Source of the DNA: Klebsormidium nitens
Taxonomy: Eukaryota; Plantae; Klebsormidiophyceae
NCBI GenBank assembly: GCA_000708835.1
Contig: DF237319.1
Coordinates: 1-64,000 of the forward strand
Length of the DNA stretch: 64,000 nucleotides
Reading direction: 5' to 3'
The notes below the pieces were generated by a model that was given only the letters and a program-made list of their open reading frames with translations, was not told where the DNA came from and ran no database searches. Below, one piece after another: positions 1-12,940 of the stretch; within the stretch, counting starts at the first letter, position 1, and each line of letters begins with the position of its first letter. The translations under genes and the position numbers were made by a program.

Positions 1-639
1 CCACGCAAGCTGTGCAGAGCACAGATAAGCTTGGCTGCATCGAACGGCGAAGCCGAACACAACTTATCCTGAACGGGGACATCGGCTCACTGAAGTCGAT
101 CCATCCGGGATATTACGGCGTCTTGCAGACAGCCACGCAGTGCGTCGTTAAGACGTAACCACCGCCGTTTCGCTAACCCGCAGGTCAACGAAATCCTGTC
201 GAGAACGAGGTTAGGCTTAACCAGTCGTAATCGTTACAGTGCTGGCTAAATTGCTGAAGGCCACTTTACTTGTGGATTATCTATCAAACGGAACATCCCT
301 TTCCGCATTAATACGACTTCGGACCGTCTGCGCTTTGTTGGAAATTTCCCCATTTCCCAGACAATACGAAAAGCAGATTGAATGTGTCTTCACAAAGCTC
401 GAGGCCTTCGACACAATCGTTTCTCGTTATAACGGTGATGGGTTTTGTGGGCTGATAGAAACGGCCGCTCTACTTCCAATGGCTGGGGAGAACAAGCATA
501 CTTTGCAAAGCTCACAGAGCTCCGCACGAGTTGTGGCTCGACCCCGAGCCCGGAAAGTCACTGCCTCAGGCTGGGCTCGCCAGTCCGTTCTTCTTTCGTG
601 CACCACTGATGTTGGCTGGCGCCACGATCAAAATTCATT

Positions 640-3600
640 GTGCCGTTCGCTCCTTGCTAAGTTGCGGCCGCCCTCTTGTGCCGTTCGGACGTCTTAGTTT
701 TCTATTCCTTCTTTGAAGCTCAAGTGAAGTTTGCAGGTCCACACTGTACCTGTTAGGCAGGGATGAACTTCAAACGCATGAGTGCTGCCAGCCACTCATC
801 TTCTTTAGTATGTTCTGAAGCCAGCAAGATAATCTTCCAGCAGAACGCCCATCACCTCCTGAGCTGTCCAGTAGAAATTGCAGACTTCCCTTTGCACAAT
901 CAGCCTTCTCGACCATGAGCGGAGGGTTCTCCTCGGCGATTGCAAGGACGTGTGGACCGCAATTTCCGAACACCACGAGCTTGAATCACCGCTTGCAAAT
1001 TCTGGTCGTCCGCTTTTTCTTCAATGCTCCGACGCCCATAAAGCGGTTCACGTTGATTTCCCAAGGGCGTACTTGCCTGATTGTCTGCGCTGGGACTCAG
1101 CTACGGTTGCTAGCGTCGTTCTGTCGGACGAGTGTCAGTGGCAAAATCTGTTTAATACGTGCTGATATCGTGAGCCCTAGGCAAACTTGCTCGACTAACC
1201 TGTTGAAATGCTCGTCTTTTTTTGTCGGACCACTGGGCATGAGGAGTCCGGTGCATTAAGCCCTATCGCCCAGTGAGCATTGTGAGTGCTCAGGTACTTT
1301 GTCAAAGTTCTAGATATTTGGTAAAATATTATGCAGCCGGCATGTACCCGACACGCAAAAGACGCACCAAAGAAAAGCCGACTCGCTCTGAGCGGATTAC
1401 CAATACCTCTTCAAATCGGAATGAGAATCTTTTCGGTCCGTCTAACGTACGTGGCAAGCTCACCTGTTGATCGTGAACACCAATCCTCTTTGGTCTGAAG
1501 CCACAGCTTGCATGGTGAGCTCAGGTCTGTGCTGACCGATTGAAGATTTCGGCGGTCACCGTATACGCTGCTTACGATTTACGTCTTGGCGACGTCGTTA
1601 GATTCCTGATCTCCGTAGAGCAGGGTCGACATCTGTCGCGGAGTTATGCGGGTTATAGCTTTGAAAGATCTTCGCGCCTACGATCTGGGCTGTCAAATTC
1701 AGATTATTCGCCTTGGTCACAAGTTGGTGCGAGGTAAGAAGGAACTCTGATCGACCCAATATAGGCTAACGAGAGTCTTCAGCGTAACCAGTCCTGATGC
1801 CACAGTCCTGATGCCACAGTCAGATTTAGTCGGTAGGGGAAATGAAAAGAGTTCAGCCTGTCTAGTATCTCTCCGACAGTTTCGTCCGTCATTGTTCTTC
1901 TGGATCCTGCCAGACTCGCCCTGCTTTTTCTTTCGCAAGTCCTGCATTGAGAAGCTGGTGCAAAGGGGATGCAGATTTAACCTATCAGTTTGGAATATCA
2001 CCAAACATTTTTAGCGCAAACATGCCTACATTTCTTCCCGCTATTGTTTAACAAGCCGACATCGTGGGTAACCCGGGTGGATTATCTGCTCCAGCCGCTA
2101 GGCTTCATAATTTGAGACGCCCTTTGATGCGTGACTTACGTTCCAGCCTGGACCTGTAATTCTTCTTCTCAAGCTCAAAGCTGTGACTCTGTGTCGTCTG
2201 ACGCCCACCTAGACGATCGAGCTTTTGCGAGAAGCGCCCAGAATCTTAGAAAGAGTGCCAGAAGACCTCCCCTAGTGAGTGAGGATCCATATACAGCGTG
2301 GTGAAACACAAGGTGTAGAAAACAATATTTTGCTCCTCTCTTTTATTCACAAGTTGCGAAGATCCTCTGGCGCCAACCAAAAGGGCCTTCAACCGAACAA
2401 CCGTGTGAGCTCCTGCAGCAGATGAATACATAAAGCTATGCGCTCTGGGTTCTCACACTTTTTCGAACGCGACGCGTGCACGCGCGTTTGCTTCGCCTTT
2501 CCACTACGCACCGGCTATCATTCAAAGTACCAAGATCGAGTCGTTGAACGTCGCACGCTTTGAATGACTGTCCCAATCTCGTTTTGCCTTCGCTTGTTCT
2601 GCATCGCATATCTCATTCGCAAAGGCCTACTATCATCCTGGACGAGCATACTTTAAGGCAATGATTAGCTTAGGCGCGAGTGCCGGTTCCGGAAGAATCT
2701 GGCATCCTCCTGCAATGGTTTGCTGATGCCCACTCTCGTTGTCCGCAATTAGAACAATGGTCTCAGCAACCTCTTTTCTACGTCCTCACGTCTCAGCGAT
2801 GGAGTACACCAGAAAAGTAACCCACTTACATGCTGTGAGGTGTCTCCCCTTAGCGTTGCGAGCAACCCAACATGTTAAAGCAGTCACAGGTCTGTCACTG
2901 GCACGAAAGAGATTCAGACCTAAGTCCCTAACGCCGGAAAAAGCTTCAGATGGAGTGACCTGGGGTAAATGATCATAAGCTCTAACTCCAGGTCAACAAA
3001 TCCTCGTATGCGGCTTTCTTTCGAGGTTCTGCATGCTTGCAGTTGCGCTGAAACCTGATCTATGCTGTCTGTAAAACCTGTCTCAGAAGGCAAAGATACA
3101 AGCGAGAGTGATCCGCTGAGTGCTGATCCTCAGTAGTGCTAACCATTATCTGAGCCAGGATCTCGGCCGTTGAGTTTGTCCCGCGAGTCTGCCACAATCG
3201 CTCAGTAAGGTGCTTCGATTTACCTACGGTAGAGTTGGGCTTTCTTGTCGGCTTTCAAAAGCCCAGGTTCTTCTCTGTCCGAATTTCTGGACTGCAGACT
3301 GGTTTTTCGATTGTGACAAAACCATTCGTTTGGGTTGCGTATGATTCTTAATGGGGACACGAAGACATCACGTCGTTGCTATCTCGTCTTGCCACCCTAT
3401 CCGGGGAAGAAATAAAGACCTCCCTCTTTCAATCCCGGTTGTATTCGAAAAGTAAATGCGGAATCACCCCTTTCTGTAAGCACTCCGGCCAATGCGCTGA
3501 AGAATCCAACCCTCGTTCATCACTGTGCCATGTGTCAATCTGCAATCTTTTAAAAGAGAAAGTGAAAAATTTCGAGAGCATCTCAGGATATTGGTCTCAA

Positions 3601-6600
3601 AGGATTGCACCGGCGAAGACGAAGGACCCTACATTCTGAGATACCCTCAACGTGTGGTTGCAAGGGGATTCTAAAGCCGTGTGTCACGAAAGGAGCTATG
3701 TTATATATCAAAAGCCCAACTGTTGCTCGCACTCGTGTTAGACACTGACATTTTACGGTCTCGTGGCAATGATGTGATCGAGTGAGTTTGAAACAAAGCT
3801 CACAGAGGCCATCCATAAAAGAGCCGCAGCTCAGTCTTTGACGTTCGTAAGTCCCGCTTGGGTTAACACCAAGCTGGCAATTATTTTTCTTTCTAATGCA
3901 AATCTCGGTACGTGTGAGACTTCAAAAGAACTGGGTTGCTGAGAACCTCAACGTCTGCTAATTGTGGATTCCGCTTATTCCAGGTTCTCTCGAAGTGCGT
4001 TCTCAGAAGAACAAGCTGACTTCTGTGCTCGCTAAGTCTCCATTTCTGCCCAGAACGCTAATCTCAGAAGCTTCGCAGGAACCTGTGGATGACGTATCCT
4101 CTTTCTTCTCGATGGGAAAGATTCGTTCCATCATCTCTTTGACTCCTGAAATAGACCGCTGAGGCTTGGCTGGCGCGCACTACAAACAAATTGTGCGATT
4201 AATTTTTGCTGACTTGCCGCGTCCGACTGATGTTGGAAACCGAGTCGCCTATAAGACTCCGCCTTGTGTGTCTGTCCCGCTTTTACGCCTCTCAAGTGCG
4301 CCGTGAACGACAAGCTTTTTGCTTTTCGAGGCAGAGATGGCTCATCGCGCGTGAGCGCTGCCTGTCACTCAATATTTGATGGCGTCTTGCTCTGAAGCCA
4401 ACACAAGCCGGGCGAGCGGAACGCCAAGCTCCTCTGCTGTTTGGTGTAATTCGTGGAGTGGGACTTCGAGCAGCCTTATTGAACGTAGGCTGAGAGTTCG
4501 TCGGCAATTGCAGCGTTCGGGCCGCCGTTTCCGGATGAAGGAGGCACCTCACGTTCCGTTCACCAGTTGCAGACTTTGGACGTCTGACTGTATCCCGAGA
4601 TTACGCTTCGTCCATCAAGCGGTTCGTGTCGGTTCTTCAAGCACTTCATTGTCTGTTCGATTGGAATATTGCGCTCTGAAGCTCTGTTTTATCGTTGTGG
4701 TCACTGACGTTGTTCACTTCCCCTGACAAGTATCCCGTTTGGTTTAGGATTTTTCAATCTCGCTCACGTTCTGATACACGTTGCCCTTACTGTTACTCTA
4801 TTGGGCTGTTTACTAATCATGCGCCATTCTCGGATCCTTGCGTGTAGAGACTGAATGCATTCAAATAGTCATCTCGCAGAACAAAAGTACCCAGTAAGGA
4901 TGCTCCGCTTGTTCAGCACTGTAATTTTCGGACAGCACCTGCCATTATGATCTTGCGTGCAGCTTTCACTCGTTCCACCAAACATAAACCAAATTCGCTC
5001 GTGATATCAAGCTGCGCTCGTGCTTGTTAACGGATTCAAGAGATCCGTCTGACGTGGCAAAGATGGGGCCCTCTTTCGAGTTGCAGGTATTAGCTCACCA
5101 GTCTTTAAGTTGGACTCTGAAGCCATAGCGTGCTCGTAAGATCGGTCTAGTGCTAAATCCGATTCGATGGCTTTGATGGCGTTCTCCATGAATACGTACT
5201 ACGCCCTTTGTTGCCTCGATATCGTCCTCACTGAAAAGGGATGGACTTGAATAGTCCTAAAGATTGTGGCGGCTCAGTGGACGATGTCTTGGAGCTTGGG
5301 ATTAAGGAAATTTGAACCAGATTGGTCGCTTGTGTGGAAAATTTCGCCTGGCAAGGATGGACTCGTATCGACTCTCTAAACGGGTCACATGGATGTAAAA
5401 GGTCATTTGACGCCACAAACAGCTGTGTCGACTACGCCTTCAATGTTCTGCGTGGCTGCCTTCTCTCGAGCGATCATTCGGTCCGTTCCTTCATCCCGTT
5501 CTTCCGTGGGTTGTGCTATGCTTTCCTTCTGAAGTTCCGCTCCCAGAAAGTGCTGCAAGGTTTTCCTATCAAGTTGTATAGAGGTAAAAAGACGCCTCTA
5601 ATGCGAGCTGCTTGAATCTGCAACCTCTGGCACTGAAGTTCTTTGGGCACAATCTGAACGTGAGTATGAACCCTTCAGCCAATAACCAAGTCAATAGTGA
5701 TTCAAATCCCCCACCAACCTAATTTGTCGCTGGGCTGCTGTCATTGGACCGTGTTTGGAACAAAGACGTCAAAACCGTTTGACCCTCCCAGGTGATCGAG
5801 GACCCACGAAAGTTCCCCACATTTCTCATTTCCGTATCGTCTCGATCCTACGTATCCATTATTAAAAGTCCTCTTCAAGAAGGCTTTGCCTTCTCAAACA
5901 AGTAGTCAGGTGACGCTGTTGGACGTGGCAAGGACGAAACAAGCCTGAGGGCAAAGAGCACTCACAGCGTGGACGGGTAAACTAAGGTTCCAGGTGACGC
6001 CTCGTGAGAGCCTTGGACAGGAAAAAACATTTTCGAATCTGATTCAGAATCTCGGCCTTTGAGAGCGTTCCGAGAGGCCGCGCTTTGAGCCCAGGGTCTG
6101 TATGTGGGTCTTGTTAATACTCGTTTGCTAGTAACATGTGAAGTACCATTTGCAAGTTTCCTGGATAAATCGGATCCAGAGAAAAGATACTGACCACAAT
6201 ACTATTCCTGCAGGTTGGCTGCCATGCAGCAAAAACTTGCTCGAGTCTCAAGGTTTGGCTCTTGACGCCGCTTTCGTACGACCTCTTTCTGTTGATTCCT
6301 TGTAGAGTAGCACTGCTCCTTTTCCGCGTTCATGTCCCTCGACACTCACTGCTACGAGTACTACTTGTATTCGATCGAGTCCGTTCTCTGAACAAGAGAA
6401 TCGAGTCGTCCTTTCCGAATCTAGCTTTTTCCATAAGCGTGACTGCACCACGTGGCACCGGTCAAAAGCCGTACGAAGTCGGTTGCGCTGATCGGCACAT
6501 TCCGACTGTACTGCCAGTGAGTGAGAGGCGCTTCTAGTCGGCGATGATGAGTTCGTTTTGCGTAGCCCTTTTGAGACTGGTACCACTTATTCTATCACCG

Positions 6601-9600
6601 GTGACGAACTCTGAAGGCCATATTCAGGCTTTCTTTCCGCCAAACAGCTCTGTAAGAGGATAATAACGCCCGAGGAGTCTCACTGAGTGGTGAACATTCG
6701 CCGATGCCAATGCTATTATCGGCCCTCTCACTCGAGAGTAGTCAGCTGCTGAGATGAAGACTATGTGGCAGATCCTACACCTTTTCCAGGTCACTCAGTC
6801 AGTGACGTCCGGACGAATAGCCCAAAAACGAGCTAGGGACGTCTCGCTTCTTCGGCTTCTCCATTTTTTGTTAGACGTTCGCTTATGTTTGTGTGCTTTT
6901 GCTCCAAGGTTGCTCTCTTAATGCCGCCAGGACTAGGCTGCTCCTGTTTGCCATGCCAGTGGTACGTGCACCGAAACCTCAACTGGCGAAGAAGAACAGA
7001 ACGTGATCAATTGTCTTGTCGCCCAATAGGACAAACAGTTGTTGCCTGATCACGCCGCCTACCACTTTGTGTCCAAAAATGTATCACTGAACGTCATCCT
7101 GACCCGTTGCTCGTGCCTGCCAATAGCGCTCGTGTGCTCTTTAAGTGGCAGGGATGTCGGTGGCATCTGAGTGCTTCCAAGCCCGGAGTGTGTCAGAAAC
7201 CACAATGAGGCCGCAATTTGAAACCAGAGTGGATTTCCTTTTGAGGACTTTTAAAACCAAGTCACGGAAGTTTGTTACTTTATCGTTCCTTGCTAAGTCG
7301 CGGCCGCCCATTTGTTTCAAAAACCCACTCAGACGTCTTGGTGTTTCCATCCTTCGTTCAAGCTTTTCAAGTATATGTTGCATTTTAATACTGTACCTGT
7401 AAGGCAGAGATGAGATGCACGCGCGTAAGTGCTTTTTGTCACTCACATGTCCAACGCAGTCTCTGAAGCGAACACTACGTCATGCCAGCTAGCAGAACGC
7501 CCACTGACCCCTGCGCTGTCCGATTATCGCTTGCAAGTACTCATCCGACCATGTTTAAGTACGGCTGTTATTGAGATGAGGTTTCTCTGCGAGCGACAGC
7601 GTTTGGGTTGGCGTTGCCCGAAAGCTCACATACACCCGTTCATTGGTTGCGGACTTCGGACGACAAATTTTCCCTCTCAAGATACCGTCGCCCAGAAATC
7701 CGTTCAAAGTTGTTCTGCAAGCCCGTCCTACCTGGTTATCTGGGCTGGGAGATTTGAAAGCGCTTGTCTAGCCTTTACGTTCGCTGACGTCGTTTCCATC
7801 TGACGAATGCCTCTTGTGCTGTCTCGATAATGTACTGCAGGAAACGTCCCTCCATTCCTTACTCTGTTGTTCTTACAATGCGGCGGCATGCCGCAATCTC
7901 GTTGAGTACTGCGCGCCAGCAATGCAATGCAATCGAATTGTATCTAGCAGTACTGCGCAGGGAGGACAACGAGCGCTCTTCTTTTATCAGCCGTTTGGAA
8001 GTACGGTAGTAACCGTGGCGTCCCATATCTTGCTTGCATTCTTTACGCAGAGATGTCACCAGGAGAGGTCAAAAGCGGCTCGAATGCGTCGTTGGTGCCC
8101 TTTCAGGAAGCTTCGCCCTCCGTCTGACGTGGCAGGGATGGGGCCTTGTTTTGGGCTGATAACAGCTCAGTGGAAGGTAACCCATTCGTCCCCTGAAGCC
8201 ACCGTTTGCATGGTAAGATATTCACTCTGGCGCTGACGCACGTGGACGTGATTGTAGTGATGTCCGTGCATACTCCGNNNNNNNNNNNNNNNNNNNNNNN
8301 NNNNNNNNNNNNNNNNNNNNNNNNNNNNNNNNNNNNNNNNNNNNNNNNNNNNNNNNNNNNNNNNNNNNNNNNNNNNNNNNNNNNNNNNNNNNNNNNNNNN
8401 NNNNNNNNNNNNNNNNNNNNNNNNNNNNNNNNNNNNNNNNNNNNNNNNNNNNNNNNNNNNNNNNNNNNNNNNNNNNNNNNNNNNNNNNNNNNNNNNNNNN
8501 NNNNNNNNNNNNNNNNNNNNNNNNNNNNNNNNNNNNNNNNNNNNNNNNNNNNNNNNNNNNNNNNNNNNNNNNNNNNNNNNNNNNNNNNNNNNNNNNNNNN
8601 NNNNNNNNNNNNNNNNNNNNNNNNNNNNNNNNNNNNNNNNNNNNNNNNNNNNNNNNNNNNNNNNNNNNNNNNNNNNNNNNNNNNNNNNNNNNNNNNNNNN
8701 NNNNNNNNNNNNNNNNNNNNNNACGTGATTGTAGTGATGTCCGTGCATACTCCGTTCGCCGTCGCTTATAAAAGCTCTCTAGAAGAGGGTGAACAATGCT
8801 TGCTGAGTTTGGCGCCGTAGTAGATTTGAACTCTCAGCAGCTTTGCGATCAAATGACTCAGTTTTTCAAATCCAAAGTGTTCATCTCTGCGGCAGTTCGG
8901 CGCGTGGCAAGGATAGATTTGGATCGGCTCTTTGGAAAGGGCAGTTGAAGACTGCTGTCGTGAGTCTGACGTCACGGTTTCCAGCTTCTGCACACCGTTA
9001 AGCGAACGGCAGAACTCCTCATCTCTGCCTTTAGTGCATCTCTTGGATCCTGCCACACCCGTAGTGCAATCCTTACTGAAACTTCCGCTCCGAGAAGCTA
9101 GTCGAAATAATCGCACCAAATCTTGTAGAAGTATTGGCTTGGAAACAACGTGCACCCGTATTTCGAGAGTGTATTTTCTGGCCCGCTTAGAATGGTCGAA
9201 CCCTTCTACAATGATTGCTCTGGCTGCTCTGCTTCTGAGGTCTTTGATCGCGCAAAAACAACTTCCGCTACAGATTTGGACCTGTGATTCTTGTGTCGAT
9301 TACAAAGCTGCTCGGTATGGTCAGACATTTCTCTAGCTTGAGTCGCGCGGTGGCGAGAAGTGCCCATCTTTACTTCGGTGCTAGAGGACCGACCAGAGTA
9401 AGATCGATGCAGGGTCTTCTGGACTGGAATCTCCAACGCGATCTTCCCGTTCGTTTTCAACTTTCAGTTCTTTGCTTCATAATCTGATGAGATCCATTAA
9501 CGGGCTTGACGCGTACAACTCTTGTGGGCTTCTGAATCATTGGCTCTGCCTATTTACGCCTCTGGAAACGTGAATCTCTTAATTTCGTGGTCTCTTTTCT

Positions 9601-12600
9601 TTGTCAGGCCTTCTTCGGCACCTTGTGATTTGTACTTTAGAAATATGGATTAAACAGAAGAATCTACGTTGTTCTTTTGTCCGGCTGTTTTATGCCAGTC
9701 AATCTTTACTTCGATCGCTTCCCAGTCGGCTGAGCAAAGGAGTTGCCTAAGTTTCCCTTTGCCTACCGAGGTTCGACATGATGATATACATCATCTCGTT
9801 TCGTTCCTATGTTTACCTTGGGGTGAACGGGTCTTTTCGACTGGTTTGAAAGCTATCCTCAAAGTTTTCATACGTGGGCAGTCACCCCCAGTCTGATATT
9901 TGGCTAAGAAAAAATGCTTTTGACCATCAAGCAATCGGAGAACGCTCTTGGTCGTTAGAAGGACTGCTAACGGCGCTTGCTGCACTGCTACTTTTGAAAT
10001 GTAGCATCCTTTGCATAAAATTCATCAAAAAGGAGCGTCGATTGCCCGCACATGAAGCTTGATAGTTTCCGACCTGACTTTTGAAATCCTCTCGAAAGGC
10101 GGGAAGGCGTCGCCCGTATTGTTCGTATGGAAAGGATCTCTATACTTACTGTCAGGCTGGTGAGAGCCTGCCATACGCCCTTTTGCTCTCCACAAGAGCA
10201 AACGACTGAGTTGAATAGACCAGCCAGAAATTGACGTATCCCATGTCAATGTTCGGATCCTGGAAACCTTTGAGAATCCCAATTGAATGGTCAACGAAGA
10301 GCGTAAGATCGTACCCGTAGGGCAGGGATGAGTTGCACGCGCTTGTGTACTGCTTCCTGCAATCAGAATTTGAGATGCGCTTGTCTGAAGCCAACAGGGG
10401 GTCCTGCCGCAAAACACCCATCGACTCCTACGCCGTCCCATGGAGATTGGGCGACTTCTGATCCGACCACCAGCTGAAATTCGCTGCTACGCAGCTTAAT
10501 GTGCAGTTTCCGAACCAAAGTAGGGTCACTGAGTCACCTTTCATCTATCACTTGCCAAGTTCAAACGTCCGGCTCTTGCTCAAAGGATCGTCGCCCGATT
10601 GGAACATCAAGCCGTTCCAATCGGTTCTTCAAGGACGTCTTTGGTTGGTCACCTGGACTGGAAATCATGAGGCGCTTGTTTGAAGTACGAGGTTGCCAGC
10701 GTTGCCGTCTGACGATTGTACCATTCCTCAGCCTTTCCGACCCTCTAATCAGCCCTCAACTTCGAAGTCTGGCCTAAATAAATGTTACTGAATGCTGCAG
10801 TGTTGGATTGATGGGCAGCGACAGATTGCAGTAGGTAAGTTAGTCAGTCGGAACACGTCTACCCAGTCAGAGTGCTCGGCTTAATCAGCGAATCAGATAT
10901 CCAGTACATGTGCTGGGCGCCTTTACCTGCCCCGCAGCTTTCACGTAGGAGACCCACCAGGTAATAAGTAAGAGCACTCTAAAGTATGTCGCTTGTGCTT
11001 CTTCGTAGCGCTTTACGGTCCGTCGGACGTGGCAGGGATGGGGCTCCGTTCTAAGTATATCAACTCAAGGGGTTCTGTAATGGGTTTTCCTTTGAAGCCA
11101 CAGTTTGAGTTCTGTGCTGACGTACCAGATGATCCTGGCGGTCCCCGTATACGCTGCCTTTGCTGTGGTCGTGAATTTGTCACGCTCCTATCAGCCAGAG
11201 TGGGGTGCAAAATGCATCAATCTGTACGCCGGGCTGAGAAATCAAAAGGTCTTCGCGCCTAGAATCCAGAACATTAGATTCAGATTGCGGCAAGCTGGTG
11301 CGTGGTAAGGATAGATCCGAACGGACCCCCAAAGGGGGCCAAGGGAGTGTGTCTATCTGCGTTGATAATCTGACGCCACGTTCAACTTTTGCATATTCCT
11401 TCAATCGCACGCAACTTGCATCACTCTGTGCCTGACTGACTTTAGTTGACTTTGAGAGAACGTGTTTCGAGTTGACATCACGCTCAGTCCTTTCCACCTT
11501 TGACCAGCCAGAATCGAACGTATGAGCATGCCAATATTCAGATTGTGTCGATCCTGACCGCCTTTCTTTGTGTCCCTTTCCTTTCAAGAACTTTTGAAGC
11601 CACTGACTTTTGACATTAAAAAAAACGTAACTGACAAGCGAATCTCAGGAATCACGAAGTCAGAGCCGTGGCCTTTTTACAGGAAGTGTCTCTCTGCACC
11701 GTACCGCTAGATTTGGGCCTTACCAGTTTGCGACGTTATTTTCTCAAGGAGAGCTTTAGCGCTCGCCTGGTCTTCTTTTCGCCATCGCCGCTCTCGGATA
11801 GAGGTGTCCGACTTTCCCTTACACCCTTGTTAGCCCCAATCATTCTTTGAAAAGTATCCTTGCCTTTATCTTTGATCTTTGACGACCGCTGAACTCGGTT
11901 TTCCAAGTCGTGCGTTCTGCAATCCTTCTTAAGGCAGCGGGAGCCCACCGTCGACAATGCGGATTCCTAGACCTTTTGCAGTAAGTTCGAACCTCTTACA
12001 AGGACAAGATCGAACAATCTTACCCGTCGTAAGGCAGAGACGAATCATGCTTCGTGAGTGCTCCCTGCACCCAAAGAAGATGGGCTTACTCTGAAGCCTA
12101 CGCGAGGTGCATGCTGCCGCGGAACGCTCATTGACCTCTCCGTTGACCAATGGGTATCGCCAAATTCGACGATTCAGCCGATTTAGTCCATCAGCTGGGA
12201 GGAGCTGAGGCTTCGCTGCAAGCGCAGCGTTTGGGCCGTCTGTTCAGAACAACACACGAAGCTCACATCTCGATCATCGATTGGCAAATCCTGGACGTCT
12301 TACTTTCCCCAAGTTGATCACCGACGTCTTTACCGATTCCGCTCAGGTCGGTTCCGTCGCAAAACCGTCCTTGCCTGGTCTTTTAGACTGGATAGCCGTA
12401 GAGAGCACTTATTTGATTTTCATGGTTTTTGGCGTTCCCGTCTGAGAAGATTTTCATCGGCGCCTAGTCAAATCCAGTCTTGATTGCGTCTTTCGGAAGT
12501 TAGCCTACTCCTATTCCCCTCACGCCGGACTCGGGACTTCTGGGCAGCGATGCTTCGCAATCACGCTGTCATAACATAAATATCCAGTGAGGTTAGCGAA

Positions 12601-12940
12601 GGCTCTACTTGACCAACAGTGTGAATATCTGGTAGCCGGTATGCACCTGTGATGCAGGATAGTAACCAGGCCAATCGAAGTCGCTCCTGAATCAATCGCT
12701 TTTGCCTAGTACGGAGCTTCAAGGTCCTTTTGACGTGGCAGAGATTGGAGAATGTTCTGAGTTGGTAACAACTCAACCGTGACCGCTTCATATTGAAGCC
12801 GCAGCTTACTGCTTTTGGACAATATTGTGCTGAGCTGACTCAATCATGATCCTGGCGGTCACCGTATGCCGTCCTCTCCCGACGGGGCTAAGGAGAGATC
12901 AGGCGTTACCTGACGCCACGATTATCTTTTGCACACTCTC
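640..12940 (-). repeat. Diverged tandem array of ~3 kb units, probably decayed paralogous gene copies: four units plus a partial fifth
   Basis: The same ordered landmarks recur. ctgtacctgt(t/a)aggcag(g/a)gatga-like block at 744, 4330, 7391, 10311. ccgtc(t/g)gacgtggca-like block ~700 bp later at 1438, 5045, 8120, 11020, also 12730. tggcaaggat...tgacgccac-like block at ~1730, 5348, 8904, 11302. tccttgctaagt(t/c)gcggccgccc at ~650 and ~7288. ggcggt(c)accgtat at ~1551, ~11138, ~12855. Reading frames differ between copies and carry stops and frameshifts. Confidence 0.8.
8278..8722. other. Scaffold gap (445 N) flanked by an identical 32-bp overlap
   Basis: acgtgattgtagtgatgtccgtgcatactccg occurs at 8246-8277 and again at 8723-8754, so the contig ends probably overlap. 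Confidence 0.9.

Noticed and set aside
8167-8820. Long ORFs of 193 and 204 aa
   Set aside because: Artefacts of translation through the N gap.
5050-12740. Cluster of TGACGTGGC bZIP/G-box-like sites as an enhancer
   Set aside because: Better explained as part of the longer homologous repeat module, and no target gene is adjacent.
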